Below are positions 1 through 12,839 of a DNA stretch of 64,000 nucleotides, piece by piece. The stretch comes from Camelus ferus (Eukaryota). Position 1 is the first letter of the stretch; the number at the start of each line of letters is the position of its first letter. The notes beneath the pieces were generated by a model that had not been told where the DNA came from, searched no databases, and worked only from the letters and a program-made list of their open reading frames with translations. Location: assembly GCF_009834535.1 (NCBI RefSeq), contig NC_045696.1:48238001-48302000 (forward strand), read 5' to 3'. Both the position numbers and the translations under genes were made by a program.

Positions 1-230
1 TGTCTTGCCCTCTTGGGATGGAGAACCCAAAGAAAGTGTTAGCAGAACCTCACTGTTAAGAAGAGGTATGCATTTAGATGGAAATTAGCTCAGTGTATTC
101 CCAGGGATTTAGAGTTGACAGGGATAAACCTGGAGTCAGGCTACTGTAAGTCAGGCTGCAAGCTTCCTGTCAGGCATGCCAGTCTAGCTCAAACCTCAAC
201 AACTGAGAAATGATTAGGTGAAAAATACCT

Positions 231-608
231 TTGGGTAGATTGTGGTTTTGTTTCCAATTAGTTGCTGCCTCTCCCTATGAGAAGATTATTTTTTTCCTAC
301 TCTATCAACAGGAGACTTGACCATGTATCTCGCTTTGTTCAATGAATTGTGAGTAAAGTGATATGTATTTTTTCAGAGCAGAAGATTTAAAAACTGTCAC
401 ATGGTTCCAGTACTGCTTTTTTCCCTCTTCCAGAAGAATAACATGTCCTTGATAGAGATCCTCCTGTAATGTGGGACCCGAAATGGAGCAAAGTCAAAGC
501 TGATCAGTAATCTGAATAAACATGAACACCGTGTAAACCTTGTTGTTGAAAGTCATTGAGATTTGGGGATTATCTGTCATTACAAGTTAATAAAGAATGG
601 TTAATACA
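231..608 (+). mobile_element. MaLR LTR (MLT1I-like), degenerate
   Basis: Motifs 'gacttgaccatgtatctcgctttg..caatgaattgtgag' and 3' end 'aaaccttgttgttgaaagtcattgagatttgggg...ttaataca' resemble MLT1 LTRs. Confidence 0.65.
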
Positions 609-1630
609 TTCCTCCTTCTCCTAGCAAAAAATTCTTTTACCTGAATGTATTGTGTTGCTCTTGGGAAAGTAATCTTATAGCGGGCAGTGTCTGTGCTAAT
701 CTGAATTCACTGTTAAATTTTGCTTAAAATATCACTGCATTCTCTAAATGAAGACCATTTGTCTAATAGACAAAATTAGAAATGATACAGTTTTTTCCCT
801 ATAGCCTGAGGTTAATTATAAGTAGGAGTAATATTTTGTTTGGCATAGTATGATCTTAGAAATGGAAAAGGAATTTCATTTCTTTTTCTGAGGAAAAATG
901 AAACCTTCATTTTAAAGTTAAAATCTTTTAAATTCAGTGGAACTCATAATGATGCTTAGAATGAATTGTTATGTGATTTTTGTTCCACCTGCAATAGTTG
1001 GTTTCATCACTTTTTGAGAAGACAAATTGACATTCTGCATGACCTTTGAACACAAAGGGAAAACATTTTCAGTATGTTGAATGACAGCTGTGAGTGGAAT
1101 GGCTCAGCAAAAGTAAATCCAATTTACCGTTTTTGGAAGTACAAATCATATGAATAACCACAGTGTCTACAATTATGTCTGGCCAGTGCATGATTCTGAG
1201 TTGCTCTTCCCATATTGCCTCCTCCTTGAGTCTGAAGCATTATTTCAGAGAGACAATTCCAAGGAGTTATGTGTTAGTTCTAAACGAGGAAAGTATCAGA
1301 GACTTCTGGGAAAAAAAAAAAAAGAGACATTCAAGACTGGAAAACATAAGTGAACAAAGAATTTGCTGTCACAGGAGCCTTTGAAGGTGATTATATACCT
1401 TCTGGGCACCCATCAGTGGCACCCATTTATACTATTTTTAGAGGAAGATAAAAAGAAGCAGTGAGCTGTTGTATCTATAGATTCAACCTTAGAGCTTGAC
1501 TTTTTGAGATTTTTAGGTGTTTTTCATAGAGGAGGATGAAACATACTGTTTACTGAGAAAAGAAGAATAAAGCTGTGAACAACCTGGTTTTCCACTAACC
1601 CTGACTGCCTTGGATCCCAAAACAATGAGG

Positions 1631-2000
1631 TGTATTCGTCAGGTTAGGTTAGGCTTCTGTTAAGTCTCTGCCTCTCATTTATACTACTCTCACTGGTAGA
1701 TCAGCAAGGGCTTTGTTCCATACAGTCACTCAGGGACCAGATTGTTGAGGGCTCTACCTTCTATATTATAGCGACACTATCTGGAAGACATGATTCACAA
1801 GTTTCTCAGTTAGCATAGCAAGAGAAGAAAAAGTCTGGAGAGTCTTTCACCAGCAGTTAAAATGCTTTAGTCCACAACAGGTGCATACCGCAAACTACTG
1901 GCCAGAACTGGTCACGTGGCCTCGCCTAATTTCAGGGAGATAGGGAATTAAATCACCCTCCTATTTTCTTAATAGGATAAGAAAGCTAGTTATGAATGAA
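1631..2000 (-). mobile_element. MaLR LTR (MLT1K/L-like), antisense
   Basis: 'tgtattcgtcaggttagg', 'gtcactcagggacc', 'ctggccagaactggtcacgtggcctcgcctaa' are typical of antisense MLT1J/K/L. Confidence 0.6.
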
Positions 2001-2744
2001 CTTGACGACTGAAGTGTTCAAGCACGGAAATGAACAGAGACCAATGTTAAAAAACCTACTGGGAACCTTACAGTGAAAAGACACAATTGCCAGGTAAATA
2101 GAAGTAGGTTACCACTGTAAGTAGAATTCCATAAAATCTATAAGCCAGAATAGAATTTTCCCTTTGGAGAATTGTCTTTCCGCTCGTATCTTAAAAAATT
2201 TGTCATCCATTAATTGTTTCATAACTGTTTTGGTCATAAAATATTTTAAATGTTGCTGTTAAACTGGAAAACAGATTATGTACGGTCTTCTAGAAAATAG
2301 CAGCCTATAAGTGTAGTCAATCTTTTTTAAACTAGAAGGAATTGTGATAATAATAATAAAAAAGAATAGTTTCCCAATATATGGATTTTGGCAGTGGCAG
2401 GTAAGGAATAAGGAGCAAATTGGTGCAGAGAAGTGTTTACTGAATAAAAGATAATCACTGAAGTTGAGAGAGACCAGTTGCATCATGCTGAGTAATTTGT
2501 TTTTCTCTTTCTGTTACGAAACCAGACACGAGCAGAGAGAGGATCATCTGCAAAAATCTCAGTATCATCTAGTTGATCGAGAATGCTAGCTGTATGTACT
2601 ACTTATAATTGGGAAATAGTAGCAGAGTGAGTTAGTTGAACACATACTTGCTGGTAAAAAGTTAGGTCGTGGGCATGAGTGAATTTTAAAACCTCCCTCA
2701 GGTGAGTCTAAGGTAGACCCCTAGCAGTGAAACCTTTGCTATAA

Positions 2745-2850
2745 CTGAAGCAGGGATCACGTCTTGTTGTGTGCCATTCCATCTCCAGGGTCTAGCATTA
2801 TCCCTAGCATATAGTAGGTACTCAGTAAATATCTGCTGGGCAAATGAATT
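2745..2850 (+). mobile_element. L2 3' end fragment
   Basis: 'cagggtctagcattatccctagcatatagtaggtactcagtaaatatctgctgg..aatgaat' matches the L2 3' terminus. Confidence 0.75.
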
Positions 2851-3754
2851 TTGAGTATATTTGAAAAAAAAGTTTGTAAAATGTAAAGCACTATGTAGAT
2901 AGTACTGGCAAGGGCTTACAGTGAGAAGTGTAGTTTTAAAAATGAAAACGAGTTAAAGTAAATGTTAATCAGCCTCTTTTTCACGTTGATTGGATACACA
3001 GAGTCATGGGAGATATATCTATTAATTTCCTGTGATAAACACAATTAGGTAATTAAATGGAGGCTGTTCCCCCTCTTTCTGAGAGGCATGATACAGCAGG
3101 AGTTAGCACTCAAATACTTATGACCCCTTTTCACTTAGATGCGTGGGTTTTCACCGAATGCAGTTACATCTGTCTTGAGAGCTATAATTAAACACTTTAA
3201 AAGAGGCATTAAATATAATGGCCACTATGATAACATATTTGGTACTCCTTTGGTTTAACACTCATAATTTCTTGCCGCTTTTCAATTTTGACTCTTTTCA
3301 AACACTTCTGACTAATATTTCTACAACGTTTGCGAGAGAAACAGGAAAAATGCTGCTGTCGGGTTGTTGAATCCCTCGTTATTCAAGACACTTAAAAGAT
3401 TACTTATCTATACTTTAATCTGATTCAAAATTTCCCTCTATACTTCTCTTAAAAGACTTCCTTTTTCTTGTCTTCATTCCCTTTCCCATACTCTGTCAAT
3501 TCTATTATTTCTTAAATCAACCTCGGATCTATGTCTCAGAGGCTTTATTTTCTACTTCATTTTAGGGTCTAAGATTCCATAGATAGTGAGACAGTAGCAT
3601 AAGAGAGAAGGCCCTTCAGGGTTTAATGTTACCCTATATTTTCAAACTTATGCTTCTTTTCCCTTGCCATTCACTCTTCCAAACTTCCTCTGTCTAAAAT
3701 ATGTCCTTAATTACAAATGGCGTTTTGACTGTTTCCCAGATACATCATGCATTT

Positions 3755-4250
3755 TTAGACTGCATTAATTTGGATATTTTCATAAAACTGATTTAAGTGG
3801 CTTAAAGAATATTTTTAAATTTCATATTAAAAAAGCCAAAAATTGACACAGCATTGTAAAGTGACTATATCTCAATTAAAAAAAAAAAAAAAGAAAAGAA
3901 AAAAAAAAAGCCGAGAGAGAGATTGCAGCGTTAGTTGGTTCAGTGGCATAATAAAGTCATCAACCATCTGGTTCTTTCCTTTTTCCTCTTTGCCATTTGC
4001 AGTTGTTGCTTCTGTCCTCTTCATGGTCACAAGTTGGCTGAACTAGCTCCACAAATCACATTTTCAAACAACAGGCTCCACAGACAGTAAAAAGGAGTTT
4101 TTCTGGTTTACATAGCTTTTTTGGAGTGAAAGAACTTTATTGGAAGTCTTCAGGCATCTCCTCTTGTCCCACTGGCCAGAATTACATCTCATGCTCTTGA
4201 CCATCTATTGGTGAGAGAAAGATTTGTTTAAATCAGTCATAATTTGCCCA
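3755..4250 (-). mobile_element. MaLR LTR (MLT1J/K-like), antisense, interrupted by a tiny L1 tail
   Basis: 'aagtggcttaaa', 'catggtcacaagttggctg..ctagctcca', 'cactggccagaattacatctcatg'. Confidence 0.55.
3838..3903 (+). mobile_element. Extremely 5'-truncated young L1 (last ~40 nt plus poly-A) with TSD AAAAAAGCC
   Basis: 'aattgacacagcattgtaaagtgactatatctcaattaaaa' is homologous to the reverse complement of the L1 3' end at 55225-55265; aaaaaagcc at 3829-3837 and 3904-3912. Confidence 0.8.
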
Positions 4251-4379
4251 CTGTGGTTGAGGAGAGACCTTATCTCCTTGGAGAGGCTGGAGAAAATTGA
4301 TCAAAACTGGGTTTTCTTGATAAGAAAGAAGTTTGGAAAAAGCTTTTGTGTAGGAAGATGTGTCTTTCATAAACAGGAT

Positions 4380-4732
4380 TTTACCTTCCTATTTGCAATG
4401 CTCTCTGCCTGTCCCCCTTCCCTTCAGGTAACTTACAGCTTAATCACCAATATTCCCTTCCAATATCTTCCATGTCATGGACTCTTCCATGTCATGTCCT
4501 CTGTGCAGCTTTATTCAACTCCCTAAAGAAAGAGTTAGTTTCTTCTTTTACTTCCAAAGCCATTTGTTCAGACTTAGCAGACTGTATTGCATATACCTAT
4601 GTACATATCCATTTCTTCTATTAGATGGTAAAATCCTGCAAATTAAAGATTTATTTGACACTGAACTCCTTAGTACTCAACACTTACCTGACCCAGAGTA
4701 GATGTTGAGTAAATGTTTGCAAGGTTGAATGA
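4380..4732 (+). mobile_element. L2 3' fragment
   Basis: Ends 'cacttacctgacccagagtagatgttgagtaaatgtttgc..ttgaatga', like the L2 tail. Confidence 0.6.
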
Positions 4733-5809
4733 TCAAAATCAAACCATATCAGAATATCTCCAAAAATGCTTTTTTGTTTGTGTGTGTGGTTTATATCACT
4801 AGCCCATAACAGGTACCATTATTCTAAGGATGACTGCTCTCTTCTAATTTATAGCTGGGCAGGAAATAATGGCTTTTTTTAATCTTTGAAAACTCTTTTT
4901 GGATGCATTAGACCTTCACTGTCCAAGTATAAATTCAAAATGCATATGTTTAATACTGTCCTATGACACAGGTATAAACACTGTTCTCAGGGAGCCCAGA
5001 ATTTTGTGGAGGAGAAAAACGTTTTAGATAAGTAATTAAAATTCAGTATGTGAACAACACCAGGAGAGGAAACTTTACCGAGAAATAAGAGGCTGGATTA
5101 TGAAGGGTGTTTTGTGTCATGGAAGGATCTAGAACAATTCTGAAGGCTTTTACTGGAAGCTTGTTATCTCATTTTGCATTGCTGTGAAGGGACTACGCCC
5201 TTTAACTCTGCGCAAATGCACCCAGAGCTTTTATTGGATAGACGTTGGTAGTCTTTTATTGGCAAATTAGAGAACCTCAGCAGACTGAATTGACACAAAA
5301 TGACCCACTTTTTGTTTTACTTCTAAAATAATAGGAAATTTGAAATGGATCTTCTACCCATGAGCATTTTTCATCCTCTTCTTGTCATCTGGGGGATGTT
5401 AATGCTTTTGGACTGCTGCCTGCAGCTGTGGCCTTGCCTCTAAGTGGATATTCGGTGATGGCAGCGCACCCTCATAAAGACAGACTGCTGATTACATTTC
5501 CATTAAAGACCAGAGCCACGTCTGTTTGCTAATTTCGCTGCCAATAAGAGTTAGGGTTTTGCAGTGGCCAGTTTACTCTGGAGTTTCTTGTCGGAGTGCA
5601 AAGAGATAGCATAAGAAATTTAAGATTGTAGCCTTCATCAACGAATATCCTAGAGTTCCTAAAATAGCCTTTACATATTATACCTTTTGGTGGGTGTGTG
5701 TCATATGCCATTCTTTGTGGCATGTTGTATTACTGTCCGCCCTTTCAGATTCTACTTTTTCATTGCAGGCACAAAAATGGAAGAGAATGGATGTACAGAG
5801 TGTAATCCA

Positions 5810-5932
5810 CTTATCCATTCATCAAACATCTATGAAACACTGATTATGTGCGAGGCATTGTAGTAGGTGCCATGGGTTAAAAAAAATGAATGTGGCATGG
5901 CTGATGCCTCTCAGGAAGCTTACAGTCCAGGC
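5810..5932 (-). mobile_element. L2 3' end, antisense
   Basis: 'cattcatcaaacatctatgaaacactgattatgtgcgaggcattgt...gcctctcaggaagcttacagtccagg'. Confidence 0.75.
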
Positions 5933-6142
5933 GTTCCCATCTTGAATGTAAGGTGTTTTGATAATAAATACAAAACCAAAATTTTCTTGTGAAAGGAAGA
6001 AAAGCTATCATGACACCGTGGTTAGCAAAAAGAAACAGTAAGTAAAATCTAGGATACAGATTTTCATTCGTATTAGATTTCATTATGATGAAGTCTCTGT
6101 AACAGTTGTCACGTATTTTTTTTTCTCTTTTTGATCACGCAT

Positions 6143-6577
6143 TATTATGGACTAAATGTTTATTTTTGCACAAAACTCATATATTGAAGCTCTAACTCCC
6201 CAAGTGATGGCATTTTGAGATTGGGACTTGGGAGGTAATTAGGGTTAGGAGGACATGCGGGTGGGGCCTTCATGATGAGATTAACATTCTTATGAGAAGA
6301 GACACCAGACAGTTGACCTCCCCACCGCCTCCTTTTTCTCTTGCTTTCACTCTTTCACTCTCTCCAAGTACGTGTACTGAGGAAAGCCCATATGAGCACA
6401 TAGCAAGCAGACACCTGCCTGCAAGCCAGGAGGAGAGCTCTCACCAGACCAGGGCAGGACCATTTGGTACCCCGATCTAGGAATCCCAGCTTCCAGAACT
6501 GTGAGAAAATAGATTTCTATTGTTTAAACCAGCCAGTCTGTGGTGGTTTGTTATGGCAGCCTAAGCTGACTGATACC
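6143..6577 (+). mobile_element. MaLR solo LTR (MLT1A/A0-like)
   Basis: 5' 'tatggactaaatgt..aaaactcatatattgaagctctaac', 'gaggtaattagggttag', 3' 'ccagaactgtgagaaaat..tttctattgtttaaacc..gttatggcagcctaagctgactgatac'. Confidence 0.9.
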
Positions 6578-6589
6578 CACCATCCTTTA

Positions 6590-6725
6590 GTAGGCACCAT
6601 GATGCTCACCATGACCCTGAAGACAGGTTTATTGTCCTTGTTTTATAGGTAGGTAACCTGAGACCAGGGGGCTTAAATAATTTGCCTGTGATGACGAGCA
6701 AGTAAGTCGCAATTCAGGATTTAAA
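6590..6725 (-). mobile_element. MIR fragment
   Basis: MIR core-like 'ttattgtccttgttttataggtaggtaacctgagacc..ttaaataatttgcct'. Confidence 0.65.
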
Positions 6726-7394
6726 TATCTATGTCCACTACCAAATGACAGCACTCATGGCATAGACTCATTGATCTCTGTTCCCATGTAATACAAAATA
6801 TGCTACCCAGATATATATATTCTAACTTTGCACATCTCCACTTTTTTCTTCTCATAATTTAGTAATAATCACACAAACTAATTTGTTCTTATTCCTGAAT
6901 ATTCAAAATGCTTGGCAATAGTATATTCTCTACTGATTTCAGGAGGCATAGAATGAGGAGAATTTTTTTCCTGTGATCCAATTATCATCTTCTTCAATAA
7001 CTATCTAATTTTATAATGATGAGGAGAAGCAATGTAACAGTTGTCTGACACAATATGATAGCACATTCATCATATGATTACTGAGATTCTTTGGCTCTGT
7101 TTCCATTTATTGTGGAAATTTAGTGACCATGTGAATCAGTGGTGGCAGGTGGGACTGGCAGGTACATCAGTTTCCTAACTAGGAAATCATACCAACGTTC
7201 TGCTTTTGATGAGCTTACTTCCTTTTCAGTTCTGGCCTAGTGTTTTAAATATGGAATATATATAAATTTGGTAGTATTTTCTTTTTCCAGTATGTTTTGA
7301 ACTTGTGTGTTTCTTTCAGTGGCTGAGATAATGCTCCTTTATTCCTGAGCCAGTATCTTTTGAGGGAGGTCTGAGTGTATTCGAGTCACTGCCT

Positions 7395-7833
7395 CATTGC
7401 TCTCTTTCCCTTTATAGCAAAACTCCCAAAAGAGTGGCCTGTACTCACTGCTTCTGATTTCTCTTCTCCAGGCTTTTTAAAGCTAACTTAAATCAGATTT
7501 GCCCTGAAGTGTTCTTAGCAGGATACCTAGTGACCTTTATATTGCTAAATGTAATGCTAATTATTATCCTTCTTGGCCCATCAGCAGTATTTGACAACAT
7601 TGGTCATTCCTCTTCTTTGAAACAGTTTTTTTCTTGTTTTCCAGGATTTTACATTCACCTGGTTCTCTCTCTCTCTAGCCACTGCCTCAAGTTTTGTTTG
7701 CTGATTTACCTTCATCCTCTGGATCCCTAAATATTGAAGTGTCTCTGGGATCAGTCTTTGGACCTGTTCTCTTTATTCTATATTTTCTATACTTCATGAT
7801 TTCACACAAATCTCATGCCTTTTAAGATAATCT
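7395..7833 (+). mobile_element. L2 ORF2 reverse-transcriptase fossil
   Basis: Translates to ILLGPSAVFDNIGHSSSLK (cf. L2 RT LLDLSAAFDTVDHSLLL) and NIEVSLGSVFGPVLFILY (cf. VGVPQGSVLGPLLFSLY); frameshifted; accounts for ORF 7509..7730. Confidence 0.85.
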
Positions 7834-9930
7834 GTGTTATGTATCTATTCCTGTTTAACAATCACCCCAGCATTTAGTGGTTAAAAACAATAATGGTCAT
7901 TTGTTGTCTCTCATCATTTCTTAGTTGAATGGTTCTGGTTTGGGGTATCTTACGAGTTATCACTTGGAAGGTTTCACTGGGGCTGGAGGATTCTCTTCCA
8001 AGGTGGCTCATTCATGTAGCCGGTAAGTTGGACCTGCTGTTGGCCAGAGGCCTCAGTTACTCTCCATGGATCTCTGTAGATAGGAAGTCATACACTTTAA
8101 CTTCCATTGTCCATCACACAGGGGCATCCCTGCTTTATTATGGAAATAGACTACAGAAAGATGTAACTACCAGGAAACCTGGGTCATTAGGGGCCTTCTT
8201 TGAAGCTAGCTATCCTAGTCTGCCCTGCGGCCCCAGGAGATACCCTCCCCCCATTCAAGACACATTCTTCCCCAGCTTGCCCTCTAAAGCGCATCTCTCT
8301 ATGCCTCAGGCCCAGGCTGTAGGCGAGCGTCTCCCCATCTAAATCAAGTCCGGATGTGACTGAGGTAGCTCAGGTTCAGTTCAGGGAGTACACTTCTTCA
8401 AGGGAGATTCCTATTGCTCTGAAGCCCTGTGAACTAAAAAGAGGACTTATCTGCCCCCAACATACTCATCATATGGAACAGACATAGGCCAGGTGCCGCA
8501 AATGCTCCATTTCATAAAGGTAAACCGGAGGCCCACAGGAACAACTTTTCCCAGGTAGTTCTGACATCAGCCAGCAAATGCCTGCTCTTGTTTAAGGTGC
8601 GTGCCTGGTGCGTGGAGAGCATTCATTTTGACACTTAACTCGAGCATTTGAGATGGTGATTCCATATTCTGAATCATTTTCTCTTTTTCATAATAAGTAG
8701 CTTGTATTTGAATAGTTTTTCAGCCTGCTTCAAGCCTACAGTAATTTCAGAGCTCAAGACTATCTTTTTCTGTTGTTATTGTCTCTGCTCCTTTTAGTCC
8801 AGGCTAGCAGCATTTCCACAGATATAATTCACTTAAAAAAAAAAAAAAACCTTTTTGGTTCTCCTGTGAATCATATTGAGGGTTCACTCAATTAGCAAAA
8901 TGCTACAATGATCACACACTTTGTTAAAATAAACCCACTTTACCTTGGGCTTCATGTGAGGCTGCTATAGGCACGCACACCTAAGATTCACAGAAGTCCC
9001 GTTGTTTAATGCAGAGAGTCTGTGAGGTCTGCCTCTAAGATCCTTAAAGGGCCCTTTTTTTTTTTTTTTTTTTCTGTTTTTACATACCACTTTAAATATC
9101 TCTGAGGTCTTGATGAAGGATTTTATGGTCACACCCTTCATTTTTAGGCAGTGTTTTCCTGACAATGCCTTAGATTTTAGTCTTTTCCTAGAAACTATTT
9201 CCTTACTGTTAGCATTGTTTGCCACCAGAAAAGGCAAAACTTAAGTATAATTTTATTTTGAACACAGAAAACTCTGGATAATTTATATATTTAATCATTC
9301 TTTTTGCTTAATTTTTAAAATTTTCATTTTAATATAGGCAGCAAGAATAAGCCAGGTGACACCTCCAATACTCTGCTTAGAAATATCTTAGCTAAATAAT
9401 GCTGTTTATTAAGTACATTTTATATTTCCCATGTTACTACAGGCGATGGTGTTGCTCAATTTTCTGTCACTGTGTAACGACAAACCCTCTTTCTCTGGCT
9501 TCCAATAACATTTCATCACTTTTCTTTAAGCCCTAGCTCACAGACTTCTTAGAGCTATAGGAATTTGTTGACATTGTCCAGACCCCTTAGAATTTCACTC
9601 ATATTCCCCTGAGGTTCTCCCAGCTTCTGTCTGTTGCTCAATCCCAAATTGACATCTGTAGGTTTTATTTCTGTGGCACCCTGTTCCTAATACAAAATTT
9701 GTATTTTTACTTTGATTTTGTAAAACAGTTCATTCCAAAACTGAGTTGCTTGAAATTACATAGATAATTGATCTTTTATGTTTCCTGGGGAGGGGGTGGT
9801 CAGTAATCAAGTGCCTTGGTTGCAGAGTGTTCTGGCTCAGGGTCTCTCCTGAGGTTACTATGAGATATAGGTTGGGGCTTTCGGCACTTGGAAGCTTGGC
9901 TGGGATGAAGGATCTAAAATCAAGTTGGAA
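7834..9930 (-). mobile_element. MaLR provirus remnant: LTR (~7834-8217), MLT internal region (~8218-9699), second partial LTR (~9700-9930); MLT1F/G/H-like
   Basis: Both ends share antisense MLT1 motifs ('ggttctggtttggggtatcttacgag' vs 'tgttctggctcagggtctctcctgag'; 'cacttggaagg' vs 'cacttggaagc'); the internal part has MLT-int-like 'tggcttccaataacatttcatcacttt' and 'tggcaccctgttcctaatacaaaattt'. Confidence 0.75.
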
Positions 9931-12109
9931 CCAAGTGTTCTGAATCTATGTCAATATTTTTTTTTTGATGATATGGAAGCAATTTCACATTTTGAGGTCT
10001 GTGAATAAAACAAGCAAAATATAGTTTTGTCTCATTGAAATGCAGTTTAACATAAGGTCAAAACACATCCTCAAACAGTGGGCAGTGGAGCAAACATTTT
10101 GTAAGGGGCACAGGGACTTGGGAAGTGCAAGAGTGATGGGGATATAGTGTCAATAAAGAAAGACTTATTTGGTCCAGGCAAGTCTGGGGCTGGTTGGCAG
10201 GGAGGACAGGAGTGCGGAACAAGCAGGAAGCCATGTGAGTAAAGGAGTAGAAGAAGAGTGAATAAACTCTTTTAGGCTCTTGTTCAGCCTTGAGTTGGGG
10301 GATGCAGTGGAACTTCCTGGTCTTGATTGAAAGCTGAATAAAGAACATTAGGAAAAGAAAGAGGGTTTTTTTTGACATTTGGTAAATTCTTTAGATTTTA
10401 GTATTTCTAAAAAAAAAATTCTATGCAGAAAGTGTGAAATACAATTAAAGCAGCTCTTCCACATGTCACATTGAATAGATAGTGTTTTTTTGTCCATGTT
10501 GTAAAGAGTCCACAGAAGATAAAAAGATTCGCAAGATTGAAACAGGATGAGTTCATTGTACATAAGGTCTGTTTTTTCCAGTAGAGCGTCTTCCTCAATT
10601 GACTGCTCCTCAGAATCCTTTCCAAAAAGTCAATCAAGTAGTAGAGAAGAGTGCATTTCAGCAACAATATTAAGAAAAGTTATATCCTCATTTCCCGACA
10701 TAAACAGGAAAAAAGATAACAGCAAAAAAGTTGAGGGGCCAAGTATAGTTAACTACAGATACTTTCATAGTCTGTTCAAGCCAAGTGCAGTGTGCGAGGA
10801 GCGTTTCCTTGGGGAGCCAGGCAATTGTCTTGGAGTGCTGGTACATTAATCCTACTTAGAAACACTTATTGTTGTAAATAATTAAAAACTTTGATTTGGG
10901 GAGACAGTCTATGCTAAAGGAAGTTCCAGGAAAAGAAATCAAACAAGATAATGGTCTCCGTGGAATAATCTGAGGATGGAGAAGTAGAGAAATCATTCTG
11001 ATATCATTGCTATTACAAAAACAAAGTCCAATCTCTGTTACTTAGACCTTCAGAAAAATGAATGAAAACATATTCTTCATCAGATAATCAATGAATTGAA
11101 CAGGGTAGGACTTAAATGCATACTGAATCCTAGCAAGGAGGTAGAAAGGAGCATGAACGTCGTTGCAGATAAGCCTTAAGTATAAGTGACCTGTGAGCAC
11201 AGAGACAGTACTGCAGCCTGAATAATGGAAAGTTCGGATGTATTTAACTGTGCATGTCCTTCAGCACATCTACCACAAGTCCCTCAAGTAATAAATGGGA
11301 AAACCAGTTTATAAAGCTCGATGTCAACATGTACATTATTCCATTCACTGTAAATGTAAAAGCAAGTTAAACCTGATAAATGGCTCAGTTTTTTTTTAAA
11401 GGGGAAATGCTGAATTATATTTTTCCCTCGAGTGTAGTCTTTTTCCTGGAACCAGGTCACTAGTGCATGGTTGATGCATGTGGTCAGAAAGAGAATTGAG
11501 TTACAATAATAAAGGAATATATGAGATAAGGAAAACTCAGTTTAATTTTGGATAGCTCATCTTTTTATGCATTCATGACATTTCTAAAGTCTGCTCTTTT
11601 CTGTAGACTAACCTCCTTTAATTGTATGCTTGACGAAATGATCCCTTAATTGTAAGATATTCAGCATCTGAAAAATCAAAGTATGAAATTTAACAGAGTC
11701 ATTGGTCCTTTATGTCATTCTAGTTGAAGAGACAATATTATACAGTCCCTAGACCCAAGCTATTAAAAGAGAGTAACAGTAAAACAAAAACTAGGACCTC
11801 TCGTCACCCAACAGATAATTCTTCACTGATTAGGAAAGCTCAGATGACAATGTTACATACTTTTTCTGACCTTTATTATGTGGTTCTCTAAAATCTGACC
11901 TATGATGAATAATTGTTTATAAACCTCTAGTTCATATGAATGGTACTACCATTTAAAATCCGAATTTAACATTTTTAATATTTTCTCAAAAAAGAGTGAT
12001 GCCTTGAATTATGTTTAGGCTTAGTGATGACAATGAACATGTTCACAGTAATTATTCTTTTCATCTGCTGATTCTAAACCGTAAAAATAATCACGGGAGA
12101 TCCTAGATA

Positions 12110-12305
12110 AGAGCATATTCATTTACGGCTTATAACACAACCTTGAGCAGTTGCTGTTTGTTTACAAATGAAGAAACTGAATGGAGAGCAGTGGTATCTG
12201 AAAGAGTTTCCTTAATCAAGATGCTTCAGCTCACAAGGTAGAGTCAGAATTCAAACCCAAGGCTGTCTGATTTCAAATACCTCTTTTCTTTAAAAAATAC
12301 TGCCT
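12110..12305 (-). mobile_element. MIR
   Basis: 'tttacaaatgaagaaactga', 'agagtcagaattcaaacccaaggctgtctgatttcaaa'. Confidence 0.7.
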
Positions 12306-12839
12306 CCTAAGAGGAGAGGAACATTCACATAGTCAGCGCCAGGTGACACAGTTTTGCACAATTGGAACTACAGTGACATTTGCTCCTTGATGAGGCTTGT
12401 TTCTTCCCTCTGCATGACATTCAGCAGATAGGTGAGGGGTGCAGCGTATCTTGTATTTTACTTTGTCACTGAGGGACCACCAATGGAACATCAGAGTAAG
12501 CTATTGAGTGGGGAGCTTTGACCGTTCCTGGGTTATTCAGGCTCTATGTCTGGCCCAAGATCATAGTTTCTGGTTTTACCAAATAGCTATCCTCTGAACC
12601 TGGTACATATCACAGCGCAGTGAAGAAAGAATGATAAATAGACTGTCTGTATGGTTACTGGTGTTTTTGACCCTTTGGTTTAAAATGGTTTTGTTTATTT
12701 GATAGCTATCATTCAACGTATTAATGATCTTAAGGCACTTTTGAGGTTATTACTTTTTAATGCTTAAGCAAAATTATACCTTATTTTTTACTTATTTGCA
12801 AAATTCAGAGGCAATATTTACTTTAATGTGTTTCTTGTT

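Noticed and set aside
7929..8342. 137-aa ORF
   Set aside because: Lies in antisense MaLR LTR and internal sequence.
10348..10849. Overlapping ORFs on both strands in unique sequence
   Set aside because: No recognisable homology or convincing splice boundaries; consistent with chance. Conservation could not be tested.
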